Assembly (NCBI GenBank): GCA_964016885.1
Contig: OZ024741.1
Span: forward strand, 314,402,001 to 314,466,000
Direction of reading: 5' to 3'
DNA from: Eledone cirrhosa
Taxonomy: Eukaryota
DNA length: 64,000 nt
Below, one piece after another: positions 35,305-48,489 of the stretch; position 1 is the first letter of the stretch; the number at the start of each line of letters is the position of its first letter. The notes under the pieces were generated by a model, which was not told the origin of the DNA, made no database searches, and worked only from the letters and a program-made list of their open reading frames with translations. The position numbers and the translations under genes were made by a program.

Positions 35305-38300
35305 GTTTCTTTATTGGCCACAAGGACTAACATGACGAAAAACATTACAGACGGCACAGAACGGTAGAGGACGATACAAAGTGGGTTTTGGCCGTGTGAT
35401 AAAGATTATAACAAGAACATAGAAATATAAAAAAAATTCAAACAACAAAAAGATCCCCAATAGGGGGGAAAATTCCGCGGTTCACTTGTGGCGAAAACCA
35501 CACAAAGGATCACGGCCACTCTGACCACCAGGGCAAACGTCCTCTCTCAGTTTTCCACTCCTCAGTCTACAGGCGCATACTTAGAGCGGGCCCGTTCACT
35601 CGTTCCAGACTTGCCACTTTCACCCACCTTTCAACAAATTTATTTGAAGACAGCACTTGATTCTCCACCCTGATTTTCCTCTACAAGTGAAATTTGAAAA
35701 AGTTAATCAGGTATTGGCCGAAGAGGAAAGTGTCCGTCTTCAATCCTTTCAACCTTGTCCACCATACAATCTCTTTCGCCATGGCCACCAGGCAGATGAA
35801 AACTGCCTGCCTTTCCTCCTGCTTAAAGGAGGACGGCGGGTAAATCTGCACAATGCACTCAGTCGATAACCGGATCCGTCCTACACACGACAGCAAATGT
35901 TCAACATAGCTCCATAAATCAGCAATGCTCGGACACTGAACGAGTGCGTGCACAACGGTTTCTTCGCTCTGTGCGCATGTCGGACACGTTCGGATGACAT
36001 TACTTCCGTGCCTGTAGAGATTATCTCGAACAGGCAACTCTCCCCGGGAGCACTGCCAGGCCAGGGATTTCTGGAAGTTGTCCATAGGCCCCGGGCTGAA
36101 AGTTCTCTTGAAGAGAACGAACAGGTGAACGTCTTCGACGCCCAGGGCCTCCCCGAGAACGTCGTTACCCACCCCGCCAATAGTCCTCTATAGAACGCCA
36201 AGGTGGATATTCCACCGATACTAGTGCCCAGCTGGTAGAAGGCTGTGAGCGCTTGGAGACATTCCAGCTTCCAAGCACTATCCCTCGGTCTTTTCTTGAT
36301 CCAGGACTGCAGCTCCGTTAATGAGACGAGCTGGGGAAAAACATGTCTGGCAAACGGTGACCCCATCTGTTCACCGTCAAGGAAGCGCCAGAGATAACGC
36401 AACCTGAGTGCGTGTTTGCGCAACATCAGCTACGGCACGCCCAGCCCTCCACGCAAGGGGTGTTGACAGCAGATGGATCGTCTGACCATGGGAGCACATC
36501 CCTTCCATAAAAGGTGGAAGAGGAGGCGCTCCATTTTTGTCAGAGTTGGGCGGGGGCAAGCAACAACTGTTTGGCAGTAGCAGATGACGGATGCGATTAA
36601 CGCATTCGCCACCTCTGTCCGAACTTTCAGGGACAGCTTCCTCTCGGCCCATTTCTGGGTGAGAGGCCACCCTATTCGTCACCTCGCTCCAGCTTTTCTC
36701 CATCTGGAGGTCCGGACCGAACCAGACCCCGAGCAATTTAACCGGTCCTTCATCCCAGCGCCCCACGACTCAGTCGGGCGGCATGGACTTGCCTCTCCAG
36801 GTGCCGAGCTGCTAACCCACCGACGTTTCCTGGTTTAACTTTGATCCTGTCACTGCTTCATATTCCTTGAGAGCGGTGCCGAGCATCTGGACATGTTCGG
36901 TCTTTGACATCAATACGATGACGTCGTCGGCTTAAGCCGATACGGATTTCCCACATCCCAGTTCACGTGGGACGCCTCTCGTCGCCTCTAATTTGTGCAG
37001 TAACGGCTCTAGGGCCAATAGGTACAAGAGTGACGAGAGAGGACAACCCTGACGGACCGAGCGAATTGTGCTGAATGGCTGCGACAGATGACCGTTCATC
37101 TTCACAACTGAGCAGATGTCGCTGTACCTATAAGCGATCCAACCCCTGAAAATGGGCCCGAAACCAGCCGCTTAGAGGACATCCGATGGTCGATCCTATC
37201 AAATGCCTTATATTGATCTAAGTTGATCAGGGCCCCACCCGTGCCAGGTTCCTTAGCCACCCTCTCTATGATGTATCGCATGAGGTGGAGGTTGTCGTGG
37301 ATAGACCTGTCTGGAATGGCGCATGTTTGCCCCTCTCCCACCAGATTCACGACGACAAGTGCCAATCTCTTTGCTAAAACCTTGGCCAAATGTCTTGAAG
37401 TCTATGTTTAAGAGAGTTATGGGCCTGAAGTTGTCTATAACGTCCCCATTGTTCGGGTCTTTTCTCAACATCGCCACCTCTCCCCGGATCACAAAACTGG
37501 GAATGCTCCCGCTCTGCTGCCAGTTGCAGTAGACGTTTGCCAAGAGGTCGCCGAACAAATCAGGTATGTACGCATAAAGCTCGTAGGGCAGATCATCCAA
37601 ACCTGGCGATTTACCCATCGTGCAGTCAGACACCGCCTCCCGTATTTCACCAGCTATTATCGGCTTTTCGCAATACTGCACTGCGGACGTCGAGAGCTGC
37701 GGCAGTCCCTCGAGGTATGCACTGTTGTTCATACTCCGCCGCCGCTCCCAAACAGTTGAGCAAAGTGTTGCTGAAAAGCCTCGCACATCTGCTCGGGTTC
37801 GAGTAACATGTGCCAGTTTTGGTCAGGCAAGGATTGAATTGTGGCTTTGTTGCCACGTCGCGCCTCCACCACCCGGGCCCATTGGACAGCTTCTGTGCCC
37901 TCTTGTCTTAGAGCACGCGCTCTACCTCTGACAACGCAGCCTTCGTACTTTGCATTGAAGAATTGGTCGAGTGCCAATCTTGCCGCAAACACGTTGGTTG
38001 CGATGCCTGTCCTAAACGCCTCTTCTAGCTTTCTAACTAGCTCTCCTACTCTATTTTCCTCTATCTTTAGTCCTTTGCTAAATTATATTGATTCTACTCT
38101 AATTGACTTTTTCAGGGTAAACTACCACCTGTTGTTGACGATCGCACCCATCAACGCACGCTAAACTAATTCGCTTATCCGCTCTTTGTAAGCTTTGCGC
38201 GCCGGCAAAGACGCGTTCAGCTACCAGTAACCAGGTCCTTGCCTATGAAGTCTAACTAAGTCGACTTCACAGATCACAAATTTGTGGTCCGAGTAGCCAA

Positions 38301-39030
38301 CTACTTTTAATTGTGGACAACCTACGCTAGCCTTATCTGGTTTCCTACACATATACCCTATCTAGATACAATCTGGATGATCCGTTGCAGTTTGCCCATG
38401 TCCACATTGGAACATTCGGATAATCCAGTCGATACTTGTCAGATAGTTGAAAACGTCTGAGCAGGTTGGTGAGCCTTTTACATCCTCCTCCCTTATTTAA
38501 TAGCCCCACATTATCCCAGCGTGCATCTAAGATACCGTTCCAGTCACCCACTAACACTAAAGAAAGGTCTCGAGACGTCGGAAGAAATCTGGCCGTCCTG
38601 CCCCTGTTGGGGCGTAGACAGCTACTAGCCTGAAAGCATTGCCTTCGCTGCCGGTCACGTCCAGCACCACCGACTTACCTTCTCGGTCCAGGAAGATGGC
38701 CCGTATAGCGAGATCCAAGCCTCTCCGAAAAAGCACAGCAAATCCGGCCCCCGCTCCCGGATGGCTGGGAAATGTGTATACATTGTAGCCGCCGAAGATC
38801 GGTGCGAAGGCTCGTGCTTCGGAGATTCTGGTCTCGCTGATGGCCACCACATCTATGTTTAGTGATCTGAGATCGGTAAGCAAATAGCCCTGCTTCCAAG
38901 ATGACATCAGGCCACGTACATTTATACTGCCTATTCTAAGTACGGCCATGTTCGGTGAGAAATGGAGTAAGTGAGAAAAGGTCAGTAGATTAAATATTGA
39001 AACGCACTCTTCTACAATTCCTCCTAACAC
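35305..39030 (-). mobile_element. L1/Tx1-like LINE with complete but decayed ORF2 (APE-RT-zinc knuckle), no ORF1
   Basis: MAVLRIGSINVRGL, VYAP, VGDWN, KSPGLD, FRPITLLNID, NLDQYKAFDRIDH, RQGCPLS, (Y/*)ADD, CPTC...HALVQC. 3' end ccttgtggccaataaagaaa. Confidence 0.92.
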
Positions 39031-39870
39031 TAACGGCCATTTTTTCTATAACAAAAACATCTTAATGATAAGAAATATATCGTGAATAAAGAGGATAGTA
39101 ATAACACTAAACCTAACATCTATAATACTAAACATAAAACTGAAGGTAATAATCAAAATAGTTTTAATCTTAATTAATTTAAGCACATTTATTAGTAACA
39201 AAAATAAAATAATAGAAGATGGCTTAATTCATATTTTAATCCACCTTTCAATTTAAATGTATCTACTAATATACATATTCTTCTCTATTATTGAGAAAAG
39301 ATTCCCACTTAAACTCAAATACCATAATTTAGTTAATAAAAATACCATTAAAATCTCGTATTCAACCACGCCTAACATTGTTAATCACATAACGCATAGT
39401 AATAATAAGAAATTTAATAAATAGTTTACTTCTTGTAACTTAAATAACAATTCACACCCAATACAATATTGTACCTAATACTAGTAACCACTCTCATAAT
39501 ACATTAATTGTTTCTAGTTTAGGCACAAGGCCAGCAACAATTACCCAGTGCATTATTGGTACTTTATTTTATCGATCCCGTAAGGATGAAAGGCAAAGTC
39601 AACCTCGGCGGGATTTGAACTCAGATCGTAAAGGGACATAACTATGCTGGAAAGCACGGCGTCCGACCCTCTACCGATACTGCCAATCCACCGCCTTTAA
39701 TACATTAAATCCACTCTCATAATACATTATTATCTAGAAATATTATTAGCAATTGCAGCACTCGTATATCTAATTCGAATAACTCATAACATCTTTACCT
39801 ACAAAACTTCTTAATCAATAACATAATTGTAGACTTAATAATGTATGCCCTCTTATAAGTGACACTTTAT
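39031..39870 (+). mobile_element. Continuation of the PLE interrupted at 35300
   Basis: FNPPFNLNVST, IKISYSTT and NCRLNNVCPL remnants. Confidence 0.7.
39506..39695 (-). mobile_element. tRNA-derived SINE with taatacatta target-site duplication
   Basis: Full-length reverse complement of the consensus, with taatacatta on both sides. Confidence 0.9.
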
Positions 39871-40129
39871 CAAATCTTGTGTTCTTCACATTTTATTAGT
39901 GTCTCCAGCTTTTACCCATTCCTTGATGTTCTACATTGTAATTGCCTCTAATGAGGCACTCTGCAACTCAACATTTGCTACATTCTACTCCTGCTTAGAT
40001 TGTCACATACAGGTGTCACTTGCACACAATACCAATAATTCACACCAACATAAAGTGAATCATGGTTTTGAGAACATCTGTCAATATGAAGAGGATAATT
40101 CTCCAAAAGAAACAATTCTGTCATTACAT

Positions 40130-40400
40130 ACATCTGTTACATAATGTCGTACCTTGTACTCTCTAATTATGATTAACATACACTTAAGACTTTCAACATT
40201 GATACAACTATTGGAATATCTGAAGAAACCTAAGAAATAACACATGAACAAATTGTTTCACACACATTAAATTCCCTATGTAGAGCCAGAAAATACATCA
40301 ATCCCGATCAATTTCTAACACTCTACAAGGTTCAACTTAAACCCACATTAGACTACAGCTCAAATCTACACAACAATGCTACTGCTACACACAATAATTA
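40130..40400 (+). mobile_element. Old CR1/L2-like RT relic
   Basis: LTLYKVQLKPTLDYSS resembles the LYK..RP.LEY.S motif; otherwise heavily degraded. Confidence 0.4.
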
Positions 40401-41919
40401 TTATGCAAATCAGAAAGGACAGTCATAGACTTGTCGTCTGTTATTCTTCGTTCTGTTTACATCACTAGTGTAATTATCTGTTGTTCAGCTCAAGATATTT
40501 GCATAACCTTTTCACCTGATGCGTATTCATCGTATCCTAGCCAACTCTCATACTTTTCCTTCTTAATATTGTTCTCTCCCCATTTAAGGATTCCCATAAT
40601 CTCTCCTGTCCAGAACAATGCCCGTCTAGTTTTATATCCCGGCTCATGATTTTAACAATAATTTGCAGATGTTCAACTTGAACATCAAACTAGACATTCA
40701 GACGAGAGTGTCATGTGGGATTTCTCTCTGATTTTGACAATCTTTTAAAGAAAAAAAAATGTGAGAATCTGATCCTCAACTTTTTTTTATTGTTTAATGA
40801 ATTTGAATTTTTGATAGTTTCCATTATTAATATTATAAATATAGAAAGAGAAATGCGACGCATTTGAGTTGCAAGTAACCCTTCCTTTGATATCTGTAGA
40901 TCATCCAGCTGGAAAACTGTAGTAGACTACATTCTTCTATCAAAAGCCTGTAATGATTGAAAGAAAACATGAGTCAAAAATAAGCCCTAACAGAAAATAT
41001 AGTACATTGTATAGTTCTGCTTTGTCTAGCTAAACGTATCTAATAGGAGATATTTTATCTTTGCCCTCCTTGAAAGTCAGTGGAAGTAGAAGATGATCCT
41101 GAAAGGAACACGGCAAGCTATCATGTTATTCTCACAATGAACCCGTCGTCCAAAAATGTTCAATCATGTGAAATACGTTAATTGTACCCAATAATAACAT
41201 TCCGGTCTTAAACAGGGTGGCTAGACATCTGAGCAACCCACAAAAATGTATAAAGTGATAAACCATTTCAAATGATACCACCACAAGAGATTTTATCTCA
41301 CTGATCTCGAGCCACATATCGTCTCTCTTATGTGATTTATTGACAGATATATACAGATGTAGCTGAAGATGTCATGCTTATTCTAAGTAGTTAGTTACAA
41401 GTTTGCAATGCAATCAATGAAGTAGTCTCTCAAAAACTAAGAGAGGGTGTGATGTTAAGAAAGGAGAGATGGGTCAGAAAAAAAGAAAGAGGAAAAGGGA
41501 AAGTCAAAATAAGTGAAGAGAAACAAATGAAGAAATGAGAAGTGAGCGTACGTAGAGAAGATTACAAACAATGTTGTTTTAGCTAGTCGTGCCTATTGTA
41601 GTCTATCCACCTTTGTTTCCTACTTTTTAAAAGAGAGTAAAAATGTAAGATATTTCTGCATTTATTAGTGGATAGCAGATTAATCGCTCAGTATTTAAAC
41701 AAGACAACTTATTTTTAGAACCATTGTGTGCCTTGCAATTTTTTATTTATTTATGTAAATCTAATTTAATAGCGTCAACGCACATAATTGATAATAAACA
41801 ATACACTAAAAAGCCGCAATAGATGGATGGACTGGTGGATAGACGGACGGATGGACGGAAGGACGCACGGGCTGAGAGGACAGACATGTAGATAAATAGA
41901 TAAGTTGATAGATAGATGC

Positions 41920-43228
41920 CTTTCTTTATTTGTCACAGGGGCGACACAAATGGGACATTACAAAACGGTGGGGGTTTTACATAAAAATCATATAAAATTA
42001 ATAAATAGCAATAAACTATATATAATAAAATAACATTTGAAATCCCCAATAGGTGGAAACATTACTGCAGGGTTGTTTTACACCATGTGGATAGAACAAC
42101 CCTCAACACCAGGAACACGTTTTGTAGGTGTTCCCATCTTCCCTCTGATTATCTACCTCAACCTACAGCTTTATATACAGAGAAGGCCCATTCACTTGGG
42201 CCATTTTCGCCACATTCACCCACCTTTCCGCGAATTTACTGGGGTGTAGCAACTCTCCCTCCACTCTCACCTTACTTCTGAAGTGGTACCTAAAGAAGGG
42301 GATAAGATGTTGTCCGGAGAGAAAGGTGTTTGCCCTCAGTCCATTTAACCTCGTCCACCATATTACCTCTTTCGCCATACCCACCAGGCAGAGGAAAACC
42401 GCTTCTCCTTCATTCTTAAATGAAGGCAGAGATGTGATCTTCACGATGGACTCGGCTGACAACTGCATGCTCCCCACACGTGGCAGTAGCTGTTCGACAT
42501 AATTCCACAGGACGGTCACCCCTGGGAACTGAACAATTGCGTGCAGAACGGTTTCGATGTCTTGCTCGCATCTTGGATAGGTTCTTTTGACAGGATCTCT
42601 GCCAGGGCGTCCGTGCCTGTAGATTTTGTCTCGAACTGGTAGAACTCCTCGGTAGCACTGCCAGGCCAGAGAACTCTGGTAGTTATCCATAGGCCCTGGA
42701 CAGAAAGTCCTCCCGAACAGACTGGTGAGTTCGTCGTCCTCGATGCCTAGAGTTTCCCTGAGAACGTCGTCGCACTGATCCTCCACTAATCCCCTATAGA
42801 ATGTCGAAGTGGAGTCTCCGCTGATTGTCGTTTCCGCTTGGTATAGGGCTGTGAGCGCCTGATGGCACATGAGGTGCCAGGCACCCATTTCGGTCTTCGC
42901 TTGACCCAGGACTGCAGCTCTGTTAGTGAGACGAGTTGTGGAAGAGCTTGTCTCACAAACGACAGCCACACCGGTTCACCGGTCAGGAATACCTGGAGAT
43001 GGCGTAGCCTCAGCGCGTGTTTGCCACGGCATGCCCAGCCCTCCGTTAGAAGGGTGTTGTCAGCAGATGGATCTCCTCACCAATGGAGCCTGTTTCTTCC
43101 AGAGGAACTTGAAGAATAGGCGTTCCAGTTTGGTGAGGTATTCGTGGGGACAAGGCACGACTGTCAAGCGGTAGAAGATGATGGACGCTATGTAAGTGTT
43201 CGCCACCTCCGCTTGACCTTTCAAGGAG

Positions 43229-43229
<1 letters not shown>
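41920..43229 (-). mobile_element. 5'-truncated L1/Tx1-like LINE between (GATA)n tracts
   Basis: SLKGQAEVANTYI...FLWKK, LAWQCYRGVLPV, YPRC..HAIVQ. 3' end cccctgtgacaaataaagaaa. Confidence 0.88.
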
Positions 43230-43269
<40 letters not shown>

Positions 43270-43270
43270 T

Positions 43271-43362
43271 GTTTCTTTATTAGCCACAGGGGCACAAAAT
43301 AAGGAGACAAATACAAAGGGGTAAGTTTACATACAATAAAAACGTGTAAAATACTATCACAA
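43271..43362 (-). mobile_element. Isolated Tx1-like 3' tip in the same (GATA)n tract
   Basis: gtttctttattagccacagggg... flanked by (GATA)n on both sides. Confidence 0.7.
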
Positions 43363-43881
43363 ATGATAGGTAGATAGATAGATAGACAAATCGATAGATG
43401 AACTGCAGCTAAATAGATAAACCGAGATATATATGTTGCGTTTATTATTTGAAGAGATAAAGATACATATAAATGTAACTGTGTTATAAGACTGTGCAGA
43501 TGGATATTTCATGTCAACGGTGTGTGGAGGATAGTTGTAGGAAGATAGATGTAGGACGCAATATATCGAAATGCACCCAACATGAAATTAAGACTTTCCA
43601 AACAAAACAAGCGCAACCAGGTTGTCACGTGATCATATATTTTCTTATAAATTTATAAATAAACATACACACACACTCTCTCTCACACACACACACGCAC
43701 ACACACACACGCACACGCACACGCGCGCGCGCATACACATACTCACATATACGACACACGTTCTAATACTGGTGGCTTAGTTCAGATTTAGCTGTCGAAA
43801 TAGCCGGAGCTAAGCCATTGGGGTAGTGTCTCTTTTTAAATATATGTATATATATAAATGTGTGTGTGTCCGTGTGCGTGT

Positions 43882-43931
<50 letters not shown>

Positions 43932-44264
43932 ATATGCGCGTGTATTGACGACTTGATTTAAGTCTAACAATAACACGTCACAGATAACAAATTTAGAGGA
44001 TTTTTATAAGAAAATGCGTGTCGTTCTCCACCATAGTGTCTCCATAAATCACATCATACAGTCCGTTTCCCCCAGAATATAGATTCCTCTGGAATTCGCT
44101 CGGTGGATATCCTTATCATCTGTTATTTACGTAAATTCATAACATTTAGGGAAATCTTATATGAGTAAATGTCACATAATAAAGACTGTAATAAAAAAAT
44201 GTCTTTCGTTTTCGAGAATATTACAGTTTTACCAAACTAAGTATAGACATTGACGAGTTAATAA

Positions 44265-44449
44265 AATAATTGTTTCTACTTTTGGCACAAGGCCAGCAAT
44301 TACCCAGTGTATTACTGGCACTTTATTTTATCGACCTCGTAAGGATGAAAGGCAAAGTTAACCTCGGCAGGATTTGAACTCAGACCGTAAAGGGACGTAA
44401 CTATGCTCGAAAGATGGCGTCCGACCCTCTACCAATACTGCCAATCCAC
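44265..44449 (-). mobile_element. tRNA-derived SINE
   Basis: Reverse complement of the consensus. Confidence 0.9.
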
Positions 44450-45030
44450 AAAATAATGAACTCACCCGTATCTTTAGAAATATCCTTTCTTTCCACATTT
44501 TTTCCCCTGTATTTTCCTTTTTTCTTTTCCGCTCTCTTTAGCTCTGTCTGTTCTGCTTTCATTCGACAGGCCTTTCCTCTGGGGCTTTTTCGACAGGCTT
44601 TTCAAATGATTTTTTTTTCCGGACATTTCTTCTCTTTTTATTTTCTTGACGTTCCTTCCAGAACCTGGATGTAAATATTTCATTACAATTTAGTATGTAT
44701 CCTAATTACAACGTATTATGTTTATTCTAACGCCTACATATGTTAGTACAATCATGGTACCTGGTTTCTGTGAGAGTAGCTATATTTTGAACAAGTGGGT
44801 GGTAAAAGTGAGAAATAGAATATAGTGTTGAGAACTGTTTTTCAGGTTAAGACAAAAAACAACATGTTACAATTATATTACAAATTAATTATTAATTTTA
44901 TTACAGCAAATGGAAATTTAAACGTTATTTAATAACATTGTACTTAACAAAATAAAAATAATTGACAAGAGAATGACGACTTAGTCACAATCTCACATTC
45001 ATTCATATTTATAACACATTATTTAGTTAA

Positions 45031-45431
45031 GGGCGGTGGTTTGGCAGTATCGGTAGAGGGTCGGACGCCATGCTTTCCAGCATAGTTACGTCCCTTTACG
45101 ATCTGAGTTCAAATCCCGCCGAGGTTCACTTTGCCTTTCATCCTTACGGGATCGATAAAATAAAGTACCAGTAATGCACTGGGTATTTGCTGGCCTTGTG
45201 CCTAAAGTAGAAACAATTATTTATTTAAGGGCGGTGGATTGGCAGTATCGGTAGAGGGTCGGACGCAATGATTTGCAGCAAAGAGTTACGGCCCTTTATG
45301 GTCTGAGTTCAAATCCCGCAGAGGTTAACTTTGCATTTCATCCTTACGGGGTCGATGAAATAAAGTACCAGTCGATGAAATAAAGTACTGGGATAATTGC
45401 TGGCTTTGTGCCAAAAGTAGAAATAATTATT
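45031..45431 (+). mobile_element. Head-to-tail SINE dimer (two subfamilies)
   Basis: Units 45031-45221 and 45229-45431; the second has the agagttacggccc variant and an internal gtcgatgaaataaagtac duplication. Confidence 0.92.
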
Positions 45432-46129
45432 TATTTCTCACCGAAGACAACTTCTCGTATCATTAATAATTTCCAGAGAGATATTTTCATCGAACAATCT
45501 AATTCCTCCATTCTTATATAATTGAAACAATTAACCTAGGTAAGATAATTATTTTAACCAATATAAAATATGTTCTTGTGTCATTTATTTTCACTCATTT
45601 ATGTGATTTTCACCGCTACTGATTAGCCGATAGAATAAGTAACAGACTTGTATTATGAATCGGTTCAGTTTCTCAATACATATGTCATACCAGTTCAGAT
45701 TATCGTGGCCATGTAAGTCATATTTCTTATAGGCAATATGCCTTAGGTACATATATCAGTGCTGATGCAAATTGGTAACTGTATAAAACATTGTTGATCT
45801 TATATAATTAGATTTCTGGATAATATATTTGATGTTACTTGGCTGATATCATCAGATTGTGTGTTACCCCGTATTTTAACTAGGTTTGGGAAATATATAG
45901 TTATTGAGATAATATGTATAACATGATCTATTGAATAAGGATTTTGCATGAGGTAAATGTATTTGAGTGTCTTGTATCAGTCAAAACCTGACAGATACAA
46001 ATATCTGAGACCTGGGTATATCTAATTGGTTCTGCGAATATATTAGTTAGAAAGTTATTTGAATGCTTAACATATATATTTCAGGTGGGGTGGGAAACAT
46101 TTTTTATGACCGCTCGACCCTACTATTAA

Positions 46130-47990
46130 TTATAATTACAATAAAAAATCTAACTTAAACTCTAAAACTAACAGAAGAAATAGAACTAGAAATATTATTT
46201 AGTACTCACCCCCATTCTCATTAAGCGTTAAAAGACCTTTAGCAAAGCTATTGTTTAAAACACCTTTAGCAAAGCTATTCTTCAGTCCACAGATACCACT
46301 CAATCTTTAACAGACATACTATAAAACTATCTTACTCTACTACTATGAACATAGCACAGATTATCAATAGAATCAATAATAGTAATTTAAACAATAACCA
46401 AAATAGCAGTAATATCTCTAGCAATATCCAACAGAATACTACCGTTCTGAATAACAACAACTCCGCAAAATGTAACTGTAGAATTAAATTAAACTGTCCT
46501 TTACAAAATAAGTGTTTAGATAAGGACGTGGTCTATAAATGTACAGTAAAAACCAGTGATAATATATTTAACTATGTAGGTGGAACTTCTACAGAATTTA
46601 AAAGTTGCTGGAATAATCACAAATGCTCTTTCAAGGATTTGATAACAAATCTTCAACTTCTCTTTAAAACTTGATATGGAACTTAAAATGCAAGAATATG
46701 GACTATTTTTTAACTTGGGAAATAGTTTCGAGAGCACCCGCGTACCGAAACACAGCTTAATCTATATTTTGCAAATTGTGTGTTGAGGAAATTGTTTTCA
46801 TACTTAAATGTAAGAACTCTCTTAATATAAGGACGAATTTATTTAGTTTTTGTAGACATGGCCTGAATTCAACATTTAGAACTATATATAAATTATATAA
46901 TATTTCTACTTATTTCCATAACAATCTTACCCACTTGGTTTTAATATATTGATATCTCTAAATCATATCTATAACATTTGCTATAATTTCACTTCTTAAA
47001 GCTTCTTAAAATATATACATATATAATTCTAATTTTTTTAATTTTAATTTTAATTGTAATTTTAATCTTAATAATTTTTAATTCTTTTTTTTTTATTTCT
47101 TTAATTTTTATCTATTTTTAAAAATTACTTATTTTTTAAAATTTACTTATCTCTTATAAATTATTTTTTTTAAATTTTCCCGAATGTTTAATATTTGTTC
47201 AATATATTTTATTATATTTAAAACCACAACTAATTCTGGCTAAATATATCTTTCAACATTTATACTTATTTTGACAAAATAGTCTCATACTAACGAATAA
47301 ATAAACAAAACTGGAGTTTTTTTCGTATCTTCCCATTTTAAAATATATAAATATAAATATTCTTATTAACTCAGTTAACTAATTTAAGTTAACTTAATAT
47401 TTACTTACATTAAATACAAAACCGATATCCCTCATAACTCATTAAAACAATTATCTATAATACGATATACCCATCTATTCATTTATTTATCTATTTATCC
47501 ATTTATCTATTTATTTATTTTTTTTTTTTTATCTATTCTTCTAACTATTTATTTTTCTATCTACTTATAACAGTAAATATTATATTAGAAAATAATTTTA
47601 ACAACTAATTAATCGTAAATACACGTACCATTAGATATATACTCCAAATTAATTTTATATGAGTTTTATTCTTCTTCTTGTTAATTTCTTCTCTCTATCT
47701 CTCTCGTAATTTTTTTTTCTCTCTCTCTTTCTCCAGTGTAATTTAAATAAACGGTTGTTTTTCAATTATTTACATATTCATTTGCATATTCACACATAAG
47801 GTTAAACAATCCCTAATATATTTCCACTATCTAGTGAATTTCCAACCGATAAGGTATGATTTTCATTGGTATGTCTCTATTTATAAAACAAACTTTGTAT
47901 TTTATCTGATGAAAGCGTACCAATGTTGTCTTGGTTGCCTTTGAAATATATATAATAAAATAATTATGGTTTTATAAATATAGTTTCCAT
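46130..47990 (+). mobile_element. 3' part of a PLE (GIY-YIG remnant, AT-rich 3' UTR, hammerhead)
   Basis: IFNRHTIKLSYST, CNCRIKLNCPL...VYKC...YVGG; related to the PLE at 19455-23110. Confidence 0.85.
47899..47961 (+). ncRNA. Type I hammerhead ribozyme, same family as 19501-19565
   Basis: attttat CTGATGA aagcgtaccaa-tgttgtc-ttggttgccttt GAAA t atat a TA ataaaat. Confidence 0.85.
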
Positions 47991-48489
47991 ATATTTAATA
48001 TCATTGAATATTTACTCCAGTAATATTTGAGTGCTCTAAATCTGTTATAAACATTTATATTTGTCGGACTTCCAAGAAATTAAATACCACTTCTACTTAT
48101 ATACATATATATATATATATATAAAATACACACACACACACACCTACGCGCACAGACACACACACACACTCACACACACACACACACGCGCGCGCACACA
48201 CACACATACACATATAAGTATATTTTTTCCCTTTTTCAGTGTGCTCTACCTCTGGTAGTAGGGTTCCTACCGTAGATAGAACTTATTGTAATCCAGTAAA
48301 ATCCATAGTGATGTTCTGTGTTTCGCTGAGTTAATTCTTTAGATACAGAGTCAGGTATTAGGTATTAAATTAACAATGAAAATAAAAACAACCAAATAAA
48401 TACAATAAAGTGTTAAAGTAACTTGACTTTATTGTTTTTATTTTCATTGTTAATTTAATAACATATATATATATATATATATAAATATA

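Noticed and set aside
40830-40952. Possible terminal exon on the minus strand (LLIEECSLLQFSSW...)
   Set aside because: Frame-compatible with the micro-exon, but the acceptor is weak and no protein similarity is recognisable.
43990-44120. Short minus-strand open frame MIRISTERIPEESIFWG...
   Set aside because: About 41 codons, no motif and no convincing splice sites.
45600-46090. Splice-like signals on + (gtaagt, tttcttatag, atttcag)
   Set aside because: No coherent open frame could be assembled.
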